A stretch of 64,000 bases of DNA, taken from NCBI GenBank assembly GCA_965248695.1, contig CBDFKD010000002.1:4480001-4544000 (forward strand). Reading direction: 5' to 3'. The first letter of the stretch is position 1, and every line of letters starts with the position of its first letter. Of the stretch, positions 51,041 to 60,739 are shown piece after piece. This DNA comes from Acidobacteriota bacterium. GTDB lineage: Bacteria; Acidobacteriota; UBA890; WLXD01. The position numbers and the translations under genes are program-made. The notes beneath the pieces were generated by a model. That model saw only the letters and a program-made list of their open reading frames with translations, did no database searches and was not told the origin of the DNA.

Positions 51041-53515
51041 ATGATCTGCGACCCTGCCGTCGGTGACCGAGTAGCCAGCGCGCAGCGCCGGAGGCTTGGC
51101 GGCAAGTGGCTGGTGGCGGCCGGCGTGCTCGCTCTGCTGACGCAACCGACATCGGGGGCGCTGGCACAGGAATCAACGCGGCTCGAGCTGAGTGGCCTCG
51201 ACGAGCGGGTCGAGATCCTCGTCGACCGCTGGGGAATCAGCCACATTTATGCCGAGACCGAGCATGATCTATTCTTCGCACAGGGCTGGAACGCCGCGCG
51301 GGACCGACTGTTTCAACTCGAGCTCTGGCGCCGGCAGGCGACCGGCACCGTGGCCGAGATCCTCGGGCCGCGCGAGCTCGAGCGCGATGTTGGGACAAGG
51401 CTGTTCAAGTTTCGCCGCGATCTGGAACAGGAGCTGAGCCACTACCATCCCAACGGTGTGGCCATCATCGGCGCCTATGTCGACGGCATCAACGCCTACG
51501 TCATGCAGACGCGGCGCGATCCGAGCTTGCTGCCGATCGAGTTCTCGCTGCTCGGCATCACGCCCGGAATCTGGTCGCCGGAGATCGTCATCTCACGCCA
51601 CCAGGGACTCCTCGGCAACATCGGGGCCGAGCTGCGGACCGGCCGACTTGTCGCCCAGCTCGGCGCCGCGGTGGTGATGGATCTCGGTACCTACGGGCCG
51701 GGCGATCCAGTGCTGGAGCTTGACGCGGAAGTCGACGGCGCGGCGCTTGCAGAGGACATTCTCGGCACGTATAACGCTTTCCGTCGGAGTGTGCGTTTTC
51801 GGCCCGAGGACATCGTTGCCGAGCATCGCGGCGACGCCGAGTCGTTCGTGCGGCTCGAGCGCGCAACGGAAGCTTCTGCGACCGCGGTTGCCGCCGAACC
51901 GCAGCTGGACATCGGATCCAACAATTGGGTGGTCAGCGGCGCTCGTTCCGAGAGCGGCTATCCGATCATGGCAAACGATCCCCATCGGGTGCAGGCGGCC
52001 CCGTCGCTGCGCTACTGGGTGCACCTCGTGGCGCCGGGATGGAACGTCATCGGTGGCGGCGAGCCGAGCCTGCCGGGCATCTCGATCGGCCACAACGAAC
52101 ACGGGGCATGGGGACTGACGGTCTTCAGCACCGACGCGGAGGATCTCTACGTCTACGAGACCAATCCGGCCAACCCGGACGAGTATCGCTACCGCGACGG
52201 GTGGGAGCCGATGACCGTGCTGGTAGAGGAGATCGCGGTGAAGGGGCAGGACGCGCATCGCGCCGAGCTCAAGTACACCCGGCACGGCCCGGTGGTCTTC
52301 GAGGACCGGGCGCGCAACCTTGCCTATGCGGTGCGGGCTGGGTGGATGGAAATCGGCGGCTCGCCCTACCTGGCCTCGCTGCGAATGGACCAGGCAACCA
52401 CATGGGAAGAGTTCGTCGAGGCCTGCAATTACTCCAACATTCCGGGCGAGAACATGGTCTGGGCCGGGCGCGACGGTACGATCGGCTGGCAGGCCGTCGG
52501 CATTGCGCCGGTACGCCGGAACTGGAGTGGTCTGGTGCCGGTCCCCGGCGACGGTCGCTACGAATGGGACGGATACCTGCCGATCAAGGCCAAGCCGCGC
52601 GTGGTGAATCCACCCGAGGGCTATTTCGCCACGGCGAACAACGAGCTGATCCCGCGCGACTACGAATACATGGACGCGATTGGCTTCAGATGGTCGGATC
52701 CGTATCGCTGGCTGCGGCTCGTCGAGGTGCTGGGCGGCGGCACGCGCTTCTCGATAGCTGACATGATGCGGTTGCAAACCGACGAGCTGTCGATTCCGGC
52801 CCGACAGCTGGTACCGATGCTCGAGGAGGTGGAAGCCAGCGATCCTCGCGTCGAGAGCGCGCGGCATTCGTTGCTCGAGTGGGACTACGTGATCGACAAG
52901 CGGTCCGCATCAGCCGGTTTGTATGTGGCATGGGAAGCGCAGCTGAGGCGGCATGTTCAAGGCGCGCTGGTGCCCAGTGGGGCATCTCTGGGGCTGTCGA
53001 TGAAGAAGACGATCGATACGATCATGGTGCCGCCAGGGGCGCTCGGAGCCGATCCGTTGCGCGTCCGCGATCGGATCCTCATCACCTCGCTCGAAGCGGC
53101 GGTCGGTGCGCTGACCCAGAAGCTGGGCCCGGATCCGGGTGACTGGACGTACGGGCAGGTCGACTACAAGCACGCGCTGCTGCGCCATCCTCTCGGCACT
53201 GCGGTAAATGAGGCAATGCGGAGACGCCTCGAGGTCGGCCCGCTGCCGCGCGGTGGCTACAGCTACACCGTCAACCAGACCAGCGGCAACGACAACCAGA
53301 GCTCCGGGGCGTCGTTTCGGATCGTCATCGATACCGGTGACTGGGATCGCGGCGTCGGAATGAACACCCCGGGGCAAAGCGGCGATCCCGATTCACCCTT
53401 CTACCGCAACCTTTTCGAAGACTGGGCGAACGACCGTTTCCACCCGGTGTTCTATTCTCGCGATAAGATCGAGGCGGCGACAGCGGTGCGCATCGAGTTG
53501 ACGCCGGGGAGCTAG
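51041..53515 (+). CDS. Penicillin acylase family Ntn hydrolase
   Basis: DRWGISHIYA, RDRLFQ, GSNNW (N-terminal Ser nucleophile), ANDPH, PGQSG; alternative start at 51017. Confidence 0.93.
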   Translation: MICDPAVGDRVASAQRRRLGGKWLVAAGVLALLTQPTSGALAQESTRLELSGLDERVEILVDRWGISHIYAETEHDLFFAQGWNAARDRLFQLELWRRQATGTVAEILGPRELERDVGTRLFKFRRDLEQELSHYHPNGVAIIGAYVDGINAYVMQTRRDPSLLPIEFSLLGITPGIWSPEIVISRHQGLLGNIGAELRTGRLVAQLGAAVVMDLGTYGPGDPVLELDAEVDGAALAEDILGTYNAFRRSVRFRPEDIVAEHRGDAESFVRLERATEASATAVAAEPQLDIGSNNWVVSGARSESGYPIMANDPHRVQAAPSLRYWVHLVAPGWNVIGGGEPSLPGISIGHNEHGAWGLTVFSTDAEDLYVYETNPANPDEYRYRDGWEPMTVLVEEIAVKGQDAHRAELKYTRHGPVVFEDRARNLAYAVRAGWMEIGGSPYLASLRMDQATTWEEFVEACNYSNIPGENMVWAGRDGTIGWQAVGIAPVRRNWSGLVPVPGDGRYEWDGYLPIKAKPRVVNPPEGYFATANNELIPRDYEYMDAIGFRWSDPYRWLRLVEVLGGGTRFSIADMMRLQTDELSIPARQLVPMLEEVEASDPRVESARHSLLEWDYVIDKRSASAGLYVAWEAQLRRHVQGALVPSGASLGLSMKKTIDTIMVPPGALGADPLRVRDRILITSLEAAVGALTQKLGPDPGDWTYGQVDYKHALLRHPLGTAVNEAMRRRLEVGPLPRGGYSYTVNQTSGNDNQSSGASFRIVIDTGDWDRGVGMNTPGQSGDPDSPFYRNLFEDWANDRFHPVFYSRDKIEAATAVRIELTPGS

Positions 53516-53565
53516 GAAACCTGCGGCTCTGGGAACCGGATCCGGGCTGCTAATCAAGGAGCGAG

Positions 53566-54027
53566 ATGATGAAGCGAGTGCTTTACGGTGCTGCGGCAGT
53601 GGGCCTGGTTATGGTGGGGGCCGTTGGCGCGCTGGTGGCGACAGCGGCCGAGGATGTCATCCGGCCGGCGGAGTTGACCGCCGCACAGATCGCCGGCGGC
53701 ATCTTCGACCACCCGGAGATCGTGGTGACGACTCGCGGGGATCGAACCACCCACGACTTCACCGCTCACCTGAGCAGCGACAAGAAGTTCATCAGCGGCA
53801 TGTACCGCGCTACCGAAGGGCATTGGACCTACGACGACGAGCCCTACGGCGTCGACGAGTTCATGTATTTCACCGAGGGGAGCGTCACGCTGACTTCGGT
53901 AGACGGAATGGTGCAGGTGATCGAAGCCGGCGAGTCAGCGACCATTCCGAAGGAGTGGAAGGGCACCTGGGACACCCAGGGTTACAGCAAGATCTACGTT
54001 ATCTACTCGGCCGACGGAGTCGAATAG
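53566..54027 (+). CDS. Secreted cupin (DUF861/EutQ-like)
   Basis: Signal peptide; DEFMYFTEGSVTL, IPKEWKGTW, KIYV. Confidence 0.8.
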   Translation: MMKRVLYGAAAVGLVMVGAVGALVATAAEDVIRPAELTAAQIAGGIFDHPEIVVTTRGDRTTHDFTAHLSSDKKFISGMYRATEGHWTYDDEPYGVDEFMYFTEGSVTLTSVDGMVQVIEAGESATIPKEWKGTWDTQGYSKIYVIYSADGVE

Positions 54028-54073
54028 CGAAGCATTGAGGCGCCGATTACGCTGACGAGCTTCAGTCAGGGGG

Positions 54074-55183
54074 TTAGTCGTTCGCCGCGTCCAGATAGAT
54101 GTCGATGGTCGGGTCGACGTAGTCGTCGCTGTCGAAGTCACCGCGGTTCGATAGCAGGATGACGGTCAACCCGATCTCGGGATGGCGCGCGATGTGAGTG
54201 CGGAAGCCCACCCAGCTGCCGCCGTGCGAGATGCGCCGGTGGCCGCGATACTGGCCGATGACGAAGCCGAAGCCGTACCCGGTGTCCTCGCCGTTGTTGA
54301 GCTTGGCGGAAGTGAACGCCGCCTCGAGGGTGGCGGTGCTGACCAACAGCTCCGTGTACAGGGCTTGGTCCCACTCGTAGAGATCCTCGAGGGTGGAGAA
54401 CATGCTGCCCGAGCCCACGATGCCGTTGAGTGCGTGTTGGTCGTTCTCCACGTATCCGTCGCCAGCGGGATCGTAGCCGACGACACGGCGGGCAATATCG
54501 GGACCGGTGTGATCGTGAATCAGCGAGTCGCCCATCCCGAGCGGCGCGAAGATACGCTGCCGCATGAAGTCGGCGAAACCCATCCCTGACGCTGCCTCGA
54601 CCAGCGGTGCGAGCATGTCGTAGCCCGGGTTGCTGTATGAATAGCGCTCGCCCGGCGGAAACACGGGCTCGCCTTTGCTCGCCAGCTGCGCCAACGCATC
54701 GGCATTGGATGGCATCCCGGACGAGGTGTCGATGTCGTCGTAGTACTCCGGTAGGCCCCCCTGATGTACCAGGAGATGCCGGATCGTGATGCCCTCGCCG
54801 TAGCGGGCGAGCTCCGGCAGGTGGCGTGAGATCGGGTCGTCGTATTCCAGGTCGCCGCTCTCCGCCAGCGACATGATCGCCATGGCGGTGAACTGCTTCG
54901 AAAAAGAGCCGAGTCGAAATGTCGAATCGGGACCGATCGGGACCCGATGTTCGATCTCCGCATAGCCATAGCCGGCGCTGTGGACAACGACTCCGTCGCG
55001 GATGACCATGACGGCGACCCCGGGCTGAACGCCCTCGGTGAAGTGGGCGAACAGCTCGTCCACGCGCGCAGCGGGGTCGTCGGCCGGAGCCTCGACCGCG
55101 GGTGCGGCGCGACAAGCAACCAGCAGACACGACAGCAGAATCGCGGTCCACGGCACAATGCGCCGGCTGGTCGCGCTACGCAT
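54074..55183 (-). CDS. Serine hydrolase, beta-lactamase/AmpC family lipoprotein
   Basis: Lipobox LVAC, SFSK (SxxK), YSN, HGG; start overlaps the kamA-like stop. Confidence 0.9.
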   Translation of the reverse strand: MRSATSRRIVPWTAILLSCLLVACRAAPAVEAPADDPAARVDELFAHFTEGVQPGVAVMVIRDGVVVHSAGYGYAEIEHRVPIGPDSTFRLGSFSKQFTAMAIMSLAESGDLEYDDPISRHLPELARYGEGITIRHLLVHQGGLPEYYDDIDTSSGMPSNADALAQLASKGEPVFPPGERYSYSNPGYDMLAPLVEAASGMGFADFMRQRIFAPLGMGDSLIHDHTGPDIARRVVGYDPAGDGYVENDQHALNGIVGSGSMFSTLEDLYEWDQALYTELLVSTATLEAAFTSAKLNNGEDTGYGFGFVIGQYRGHRRISHGGSWVGFRTHIARHPEIGLTVILLSNRGDFDSDDYVDPTIDIYLDAAND

Positions 55184-56576
55184 GCTGTCCACGGTTGGCA
55201 CCGGCGGCCTCGATGGCGGCGTGGACCATGCGGTCCTGCTCGGCCGGATCGGCCCAGCGTCGCTGGCTGTCGACCGGCAGGGTGGCGATCGGATCGAAGT
55301 AGAGGAAGGTGCCCTCCTTGACCGACGGCGCAGTGTAGACGCTGATGCCGGTCTCCGGGTCGTAGTGCTCGTAGGAATGGATATCGCGCTTGCCGCCGCC
55401 TCCCGGCGCGTCGACAACCACGGTAGGCGTGTTGAATCCGGCCGTGACGCCACGGACGTGTTTCTCCACCGCGACGCCGGTTGCGACGCTGGTACGTAGG
55501 TCCTCGACGCCCTTCACGAGGTCGTGCATGTAGACATAGTACGGATGCACGTTGATGTAGCTGAGCCGTTTGACCAGCCGCTGCATGGTGACGACCTTGT
55601 CGTTCACCCCGCGCTGCATGACGCTCTGGTTGCGCGACGTGATACCGCGCTCGAACAGCACGTTCATGGCGTCGTGCGTGATGCCGGTGATCTCGTGGCC
55701 GGTGTTGAAATGAGTATGCAGCACCACTTCCTTGCCAAGCTGCCGGCCGCGCGCATGCACCGCGGTGAGCGCATCGACCCACTCGTGGTCGGTCAGCAGC
55801 TTCTGCGGCATGACCGCCGGACCCTTGGTGGCGAATCTCATGCGGCGAATCTGATCGATCTCGAGGAGCGCCATGCCGATGGTTCGGATCTGCTCGGCCC
55901 GTAGGTTGTACGCATCGCCGCCGGAAATGACGATGTCCTCGAGCTCAGGGCGCGAGCGCACGTACTCGAACATGCGCTCCCAGCGCTCGGCATTGACCTT
56001 GAGCTGAACCTTCTCGACCTCTTCGGTGTCGATTCCGACGGCGTAGCTTCGGGTGCAGAACCGGCAGTACACCGGGCAGGTGTCGAGGGCGAGAAACAGG
56101 GCCTTGTCGGGATACCGGTGCGTCAGGCCGGGTACCGGTGCGTCGGCCTGCTCGTGTAGCGAATCGAGCTCCAGCTTCGGGTGGTCGGGCAATAGTCGCG
56201 AGCCGACCGGAATGAACTGGATGCGCAGCGGATCCTCGTAGGGGTCCTCCCAGTTGATCAGGCTTAGCAGGTACGGAGAGACGCGTACGCTCATCGGCGA
56301 GTGCTCGAAACCGCGGCGCACGTCCTCGATGAAGGTGTCGTCCACTAGCCCGCTGATCGCCGCCAGCAGCTTCTTCGGGGTCGTGATCGAGTTCTTGGCC
56401 TGCCAAAGGTGGTCGAGGAACACGCCCTCGGAGACGTCACCATAGGCCGGGATGCGGTGCCAGAACTCACCACGCACGAGATCGCGATGACCCAACGAAG
56501 CAGGGTCGACCGGGCCTTTGATGTGCGGCGCGGTGACGTCCAGGTCGACGGTCTCGAGGTTGCCGGACATGCTCAT
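55176..56576 (-). CDS. kamA: KamA-family radical-SAM/PLP 2,3-aminomutase
   Basis: GLTHRYPDK, CPVYCRFC, ISGGD, HTHFN, NQSV, PYY, DAPGGGGK (PLP lysine). Substrate (Lys, Arg or Glu) not determinable by eye. Confidence 0.85.
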   Translation of the reverse strand: MSMSGNLETVDLDVTAPHIKGPVDPASLGHRDLVRGEFWHRIPAYGDVSEGVFLDHLWQAKNSITTPKKLLAAISGLVDDTFIEDVRRGFEHSPMSVRVSPYLLSLINWEDPYEDPLRIQFIPVGSRLLPDHPKLELDSLHEQADAPVPGLTHRYPDKALFLALDTCPVYCRFCTRSYAVGIDTEEVEKVQLKVNAERWERMFEYVRSRPELEDIVISGGDAYNLRAEQIRTIGMALLEIDQIRRMRFATKGPAVMPQKLLTDHEWVDALTAVHARGRQLGKEVVLHTHFNTGHEITGITHDAMNVLFERGITSRNQSVMQRGVNDKVVTMQRLVKRLSYINVHPYYVYMHDLVKGVEDLRTSVATGVAVEKHVRGVTAGFNTPTVVVDAPGGGGKRDIHSYEHYDPETGISVYTAPSVKEGTFLYFDPIATLPVDSQRRWADPAEQDRMVHAAIEAAGANRGQHA

Positions 56577-56914
56577 GATCCTTGCTTCACCAGGGTAGAT
56601 GGGGCCAACTTGCACGCCCGCCGGGCGCACGATCGCGCTATCGACGGGAGACGTCTGGCTGGTGAAGAATGTTGCGGTTGAACCACATTCCGGATCACAG
56701 AAGGTCTGCAGCACGGTACGAGATCGGCTGCTTGTTGCCGGCGTCCAGACCGGACCGTGGCCGATGGCTCATCTTCGCACCGCAGCACGCACGCCGGCAA
56801 CTGCGGTGCGTTTCTCCGTCTCGGCGGGTCGTTTTGCGGCGGCCTGGCTGCAGGAATACGATGTCGCTTGACTTGCTCCCGTGATCCAGCGATCCACCCC
56901 GAGAGGCGACACAG

Positions 56915-58474
56915 ATGGCCGAAGGTTTCCGCGTCACCTACGCGACGCTCGCCGCAGATCCGAACATGCACGCCGACTACGATCGCGGCATCGAAGAGGC
57001 TCGGACGTGGCTGGGGCAACGGCACGCGTTCTATGTGAACGGCGACGCTCGTGAGGGCAACGGCTGGCACACCGAAGTGTCTCCGATCGACGAACAGATC
57101 GTGATCGGCGAGTTCGCCAGGGCGACGCCGCAAGACGTTCTCGACGCTGTCGCTGCAGCCAAGGACTACGCGCCGGCCTGGGACGCCCTCGGGTACGAGA
57201 AGCGCGCCGAGATTCTCGACCGCGCCGCCGGGATTATCGAAGAGCGGCGCTACATGATGTCGGCGCTGATGGCGATGGAGGTCGGGAAGAACCGCCTCGA
57301 AGCCGTTGGCGATGTACAGGAGTCGGCCGACCTCATCCGTTGGAATACCCACGCGATGATCCAAGCGAAAGGGTTCCGCGTGCCGATGCAACCACTAGGC
57401 GAGGCCGGCGACTACTACGACATCATGCGTCCGTACGGTGTGTGGGGGGTTATCAGCCCGTTCAACTTCCCGATGGCCCTGGCCGCGGGCCCGTCGTCGG
57501 CAGCGCTGGCGGCCGGCAACACGGTGGTGTTCAAGCCCGCGTCGCAGGGGGCCGCCATCGGGCACATGGTCTACGAGGCCTACCGTGACGCCGGCATGCC
57601 GCCCGGCGCGTTCCACCTGGTGTCCGGATCGGGGGAGGTCGTCGGGGACGGCATTGCCACCAACCCAGACGTCGACGGACTCACCTTTACGGGTTCCTAT
57701 GAGGTCGGTATGAAGGTCTACCGGGAGTTCGCCCGCGACTACCCGAAACCGGTGATCTGCGAGATGGGCGGCAAGAACCCAGCGATCGTCACCAAACATG
57801 CCAATCTCGACAAGGCGACCGACGGCGTGTGGCGCAGCGCCTTCGGTCTTCAGGGTCAGAAATGCTCCGCCAACTCGCGGGTGTACGTGGAGCGCGAGCT
57901 GTACGACGATTTCGTTGCTCAGCTGAAGGAGAAAACCGAGACCCTGGTGGTCGGCAACCCTCTGGAACAGGGGGTCTTTATGGGACCGGTAATCAATCAG
58001 GCCGCGGTCGACACCTTCCGGGAGGCGGCCGCGGAAGCCAAGCGCGCCGGCGACGTGATTGCCGGCGGCGAGGTGATCACCGAGGGCGACATGGCGCGCG
58101 GCAACTTCGTCCAACCAACGGTGGTACACGTGCCGCGCGACTCATGGTTGTGGAAACGCGAACTGTTCGTGCCGTTCGTGGCTGTGGATGCGGTGGACTC
58201 GCTGGACGAGGCACTGGAGCGCGCCAACGACACGGAATACGGCCTTACAGCAGGGCTCTTCAGCGAGGATCCGGCCGAGATCGACCGCTTCTGCAGCGAG
58301 ATCGAAGCCGGAGTCATCTACATTAACCGCGCTTCGGGTGCCACCACCGGCGCCTGGCCGGGCGCTCAACCGTTCGGTGGCTGGAAGGGATCGGGGACGA
58401 TGGGCAAGGCGGCTGGGGGCCCCTACTACGTCCTTCAGTACATGCGGGAGCAATCCAGGACGGTCATCGCATGA
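56915..58474 (+). CDS. Aldehyde dehydrogenase, P5C-dehydrogenase-like
   Basis: ISPFNFP, FTGS, EMGGKN, GQKCSA, ELFVP, YGLTAG, YINR...TTGA...QPFGGWKGSG. Confidence 0.9.
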   Translation: MAEGFRVTYATLAADPNMHADYDRGIEEARTWLGQRHAFYVNGDAREGNGWHTEVSPIDEQIVIGEFARATPQDVLDAVAAAKDYAPAWDALGYEKRAEILDRAAGIIEERRYMMSALMAMEVGKNRLEAVGDVQESADLIRWNTHAMIQAKGFRVPMQPLGEAGDYYDIMRPYGVWGVISPFNFPMALAAGPSSAALAAGNTVVFKPASQGAAIGHMVYEAYRDAGMPPGAFHLVSGSGEVVGDGIATNPDVDGLTFTGSYEVGMKVYREFARDYPKPVICEMGGKNPAIVTKHANLDKATDGVWRSAFGLQGQKCSANSRVYVERELYDDFVAQLKEKTETLVVGNPLEQGVFMGPVINQAAVDTFREAAAEAKRAGDVIAGGEVITEGDMARGNFVQPTVVHVPRDSWLWKRELFVPFVAVDAVDSLDEALERANDTEYGLTAGLFSEDPAEIDRFCSEIEAGVIYINRASGATTGAWPGAQPFGGWKGSGTMGKAAGGPYYVLQYMREQSRTVIA

Positions 58475-59811
58475 GCAGCATCGAGCTTTCCATCGCCGAC
58501 CTCGCTGCGGCATCGGCACCGCATATTGTCGTCGAGCCCCCTGGCCCGCGGGCGCAGGCGATCGTCGAACGGGATCGGCGCGTGACGTCGCCATCGTTGC
58601 CGCGCGCCTATCCGTTTGCGCCGCGCCGCGGTAGCGGCTCGGTGATCGAGGACGTCGACGGCAACCTGTTTCTCGACCTCAACGCCGGTATCGCCGTCAA
58701 TGCCACCGGCCACTCGCATCCGGCCGTGGTCGAGGCGATTCAGAGGCAGGCAGCCGAATTGCTCCACTACTCGGCATCGGATTTCTTCCTGCCGGTGTAC
58801 TCGGAGGTGTGTCAGCGGCTCGACGAGATCTCGCCGTTCTCTGGACCGGCGCGCGCGTTCCTGACCAACTCGGGCACCGAGGCCGTCGAGGCGGCGCTCA
58901 AGCTGGCCCGGTACGTCACCGGACGGCAGAACGCGATCGCGTTTTACGGCGCGTTTCACGGACGCTCCTACGGCAGCGTGTCGTTGACCGCATCGAAGGC
59001 TAAGTACCATCGCGGCTTCGGACCCCTGCTCCCCGGCGTGTACCACGCACCGTACGGCGACGGCTACGGGTGGGGTCTCGATCTGGCGGATGTCGAGGGC
59101 GGGTTGGCGAGCATCGATTACATCGAAAAAGTGCTCTTCAAGCACGTCCTGGCCGCCGACGAAGTAGCGGCGATCTTCGTCGAGCCGGTGCAGGGCGAGG
59201 GCGGCTATATCGTCCCGCCGCAGGAGTTCTTTACCGAGTTGCGGCGCCTGTGCGACGAGCACGGCATCCTCCTGGTGGTCGACGAGGTGCAGTCGGGTAT
59301 GGGCCGCACTGGCAAGACCTGGGCCGTCGAGCATTTCGGTGTCGAGCCCGACGTGCTCGTCGCCGGCAAGGGCATCGCCAGTGGCATGCCCCTCGGCGCG
59401 ATGATGGCGCGCGATGAGCTGATGACCTGGGAGGTCGGCTCGCATGGCTCGACCTACGGTGGCTCGCCGACACCCTGCGCGGCGGCGCTCGCGACCATCG
59501 ATCTGATCGAGAACGGTCTCAAGCAGAATGCCGCCGAGGTCGGCACGTACCTCCTGGACGGTTTGCGCGAGCTGCAGACGAGGCGCGCGATGATCCGTGA
59601 CGTGCGCGGCTTTGGCCTCATGATCGGTGTCGAGTTCCCGAACCACGAGGTGATGGCGCAAATAGAGCAGGAGGCGTTCAAGCGCGGCCTGCTGATGCTC
59701 GGCTGCGGCGACAACGTGATTCGCATCGCGCCGCCGCTGGTGTTCACGCGCGAACAGGTCGACCGGGGGCTCGAGGTGTTCGACGAGGTTCTCGGCACCG
59801 TCGACGGATAG
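58471..59811 (+). CDS. Class III aminotransferase, ornithine/GABA omega-aminotransferase-like
   Basis: NSGTEAVEA, FHGR, EPVQGEGGY, DEVQSGMGRTG, GKG, STYGG, IRIAPPL. Confidence 0.9.
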   Translation: MSSIELSIADLAAASAPHIVVEPPGPRAQAIVERDRRVTSPSLPRAYPFAPRRGSGSVIEDVDGNLFLDLNAGIAVNATGHSHPAVVEAIQRQAAELLHYSASDFFLPVYSEVCQRLDEISPFSGPARAFLTNSGTEAVEAALKLARYVTGRQNAIAFYGAFHGRSYGSVSLTASKAKYHRGFGPLLPGVYHAPYGDGYGWGLDLADVEGGLASIDYIEKVLFKHVLAADEVAAIFVEPVQGEGGYIVPPQEFFTELRRLCDEHGILLVVDEVQSGMGRTGKTWAVEHFGVEPDVLVAGKGIASGMPLGAMMARDELMTWEVGSHGSTYGGSPTPCAAALATIDLIENGLKQNAAEVGTYLLDGLRELQTRRAMIRDVRGFGLMIGVEFPNHEVMAQIEQEAFKRGLLMLGCGDNVIRIAPPLVFTREQVDRGLEVFDEVLGTVDG

Positions 59812-59821
59812 GAGCGTTGCG

Positions 59822-60739
59822 GTGAGCAAGGTCGTCTCGATGCAGCAGGCCGTGCGCGAGCTGGTGTGCGATGGCGACACGGTGGCGATCGAGGGGTTCA
59901 CACACCTGATCTGCTTCGCTGCCGGTCACGAGATCATCCGCCAACGCAAGCGCGATTTGACGCTGGCGCGTATGACTCCCGACTTGATCTACGACCAGAT
60001 GATCGGTGCCGGCGTGGCCACCAAGCTGATCTTCTCGTGGCTGGGGAACCCGGGCGTCGGTTCACTGCACGCGGTCCGACGGCGCGTGGAGACGGGCTTC
60101 CCGGCGCCGCTCGCGATCGAAGAGTACAGCCATTACGGCATGGTGTGCCGGTACATGGCCGGGGCCTCGCGTTTGCCGTTCATGCCGCTGCGCTCGTACG
60201 AGGAATCCGATATTCCGGCGGTGAATGATCAGATCCGCTGGCTGGACGACCCCTTCGGCAGCGGCAGGATTGCGGTTGTGCCGCCGCTCAACGCCGACGT
60301 GGCCATCATCCACGCGCAGCGCGCCGACGCGGAGGGCAACGCCCAGATCTGGGGGCTGCTCGGCTGTCAGAAGGAGGCCGCGTTCGGCGCCAGGCGGGTC
60401 ATCCTGGTGGTCGAGGAACTCGTCGGTGAGGACGTCGTACGCCAGGACCCGAATCGGACGATGATCCCCGGCATCAAGGTGGACGCCGTGGTGGTGGAGC
60501 CGTTCGGCTGCCACCCGTCGTACGTACAGGGACATTACGACCGGGACAACGATTTCTACGTCAAGTGGGACGCCATCGCGCGCCATCCCGATGACCTCGA
60601 CACGTGGCTCCGCGACTACGTCTACGACCTGTCGTGCCATGCCGACTACGTGGACAAGTTCGGGACCGCCTACTGGGAGCGCCTGCAGCCGACCGGTCCG
60701 GCGCTATCAGGTGAGGTGGATTACGGAGAGTACGCATGA
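59822..60739 (+). CDS. CoA-transferase subunit A, CatI/GctA type (3-oxoadipate CoA-transferase-like)
   Basis: DGDTVAIEGFTHLI..AAGHEIIRQ, RMTPDLIYDQ, FSW.GNPGVGSLH, IHAQRAD. Confidence 0.88.
   Translation: MSKVVSMQQAVRELVCDGDTVAIEGFTHLICFAAGHEIIRQRKRDLTLARMTPDLIYDQMIGAGVATKLIFSWLGNPGVGSLHAVRRRVETGFPAPLAIEEYSHYGMVCRYMAGASRLPFMPLRSYEESDIPAVNDQIRWLDDPFGSGRIAVVPPLNADVAIIHAQRADAEGNAQIWGLLGCQKEAAFGARRVILVVEELVGEDVVRQDPNRTMIPGIKVDAVVVEPFGCHPSYVQGHYDRDNDFYVKWDAIARHPDDLDTWLRDYVYDLSCHADYVDKFGTAYWERLQPTGPALSGEVDYGEYA

Noticed and set aside
50053-55183. Antibiotic-resistance island (MBL, penicillin acylase, beta-lactamase family)
   Set aside because: Fold-level similarity only, degenerate MBL site, no mobile-element signs and no obvious compositional shift; more likely general amidases and esterases.
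32494-56576. Classical lysine fermentation pathway (kamA plus kce)
   Set aside because: The BKACE gene is ~22 kb from kamA and coupled to a carnitine dehydrogenase-like gene; no kamDE, kdd or kal in the window.
56577-56914. Lysine riboswitch or sigma54 promoter between kamA and the ALDH operon
   Set aside because: No lysine-riboswitch consensus blocks found on either strand; TGGGGCCAACTTGC at ~56600 has sigma54 spacing but poor -24 identity.
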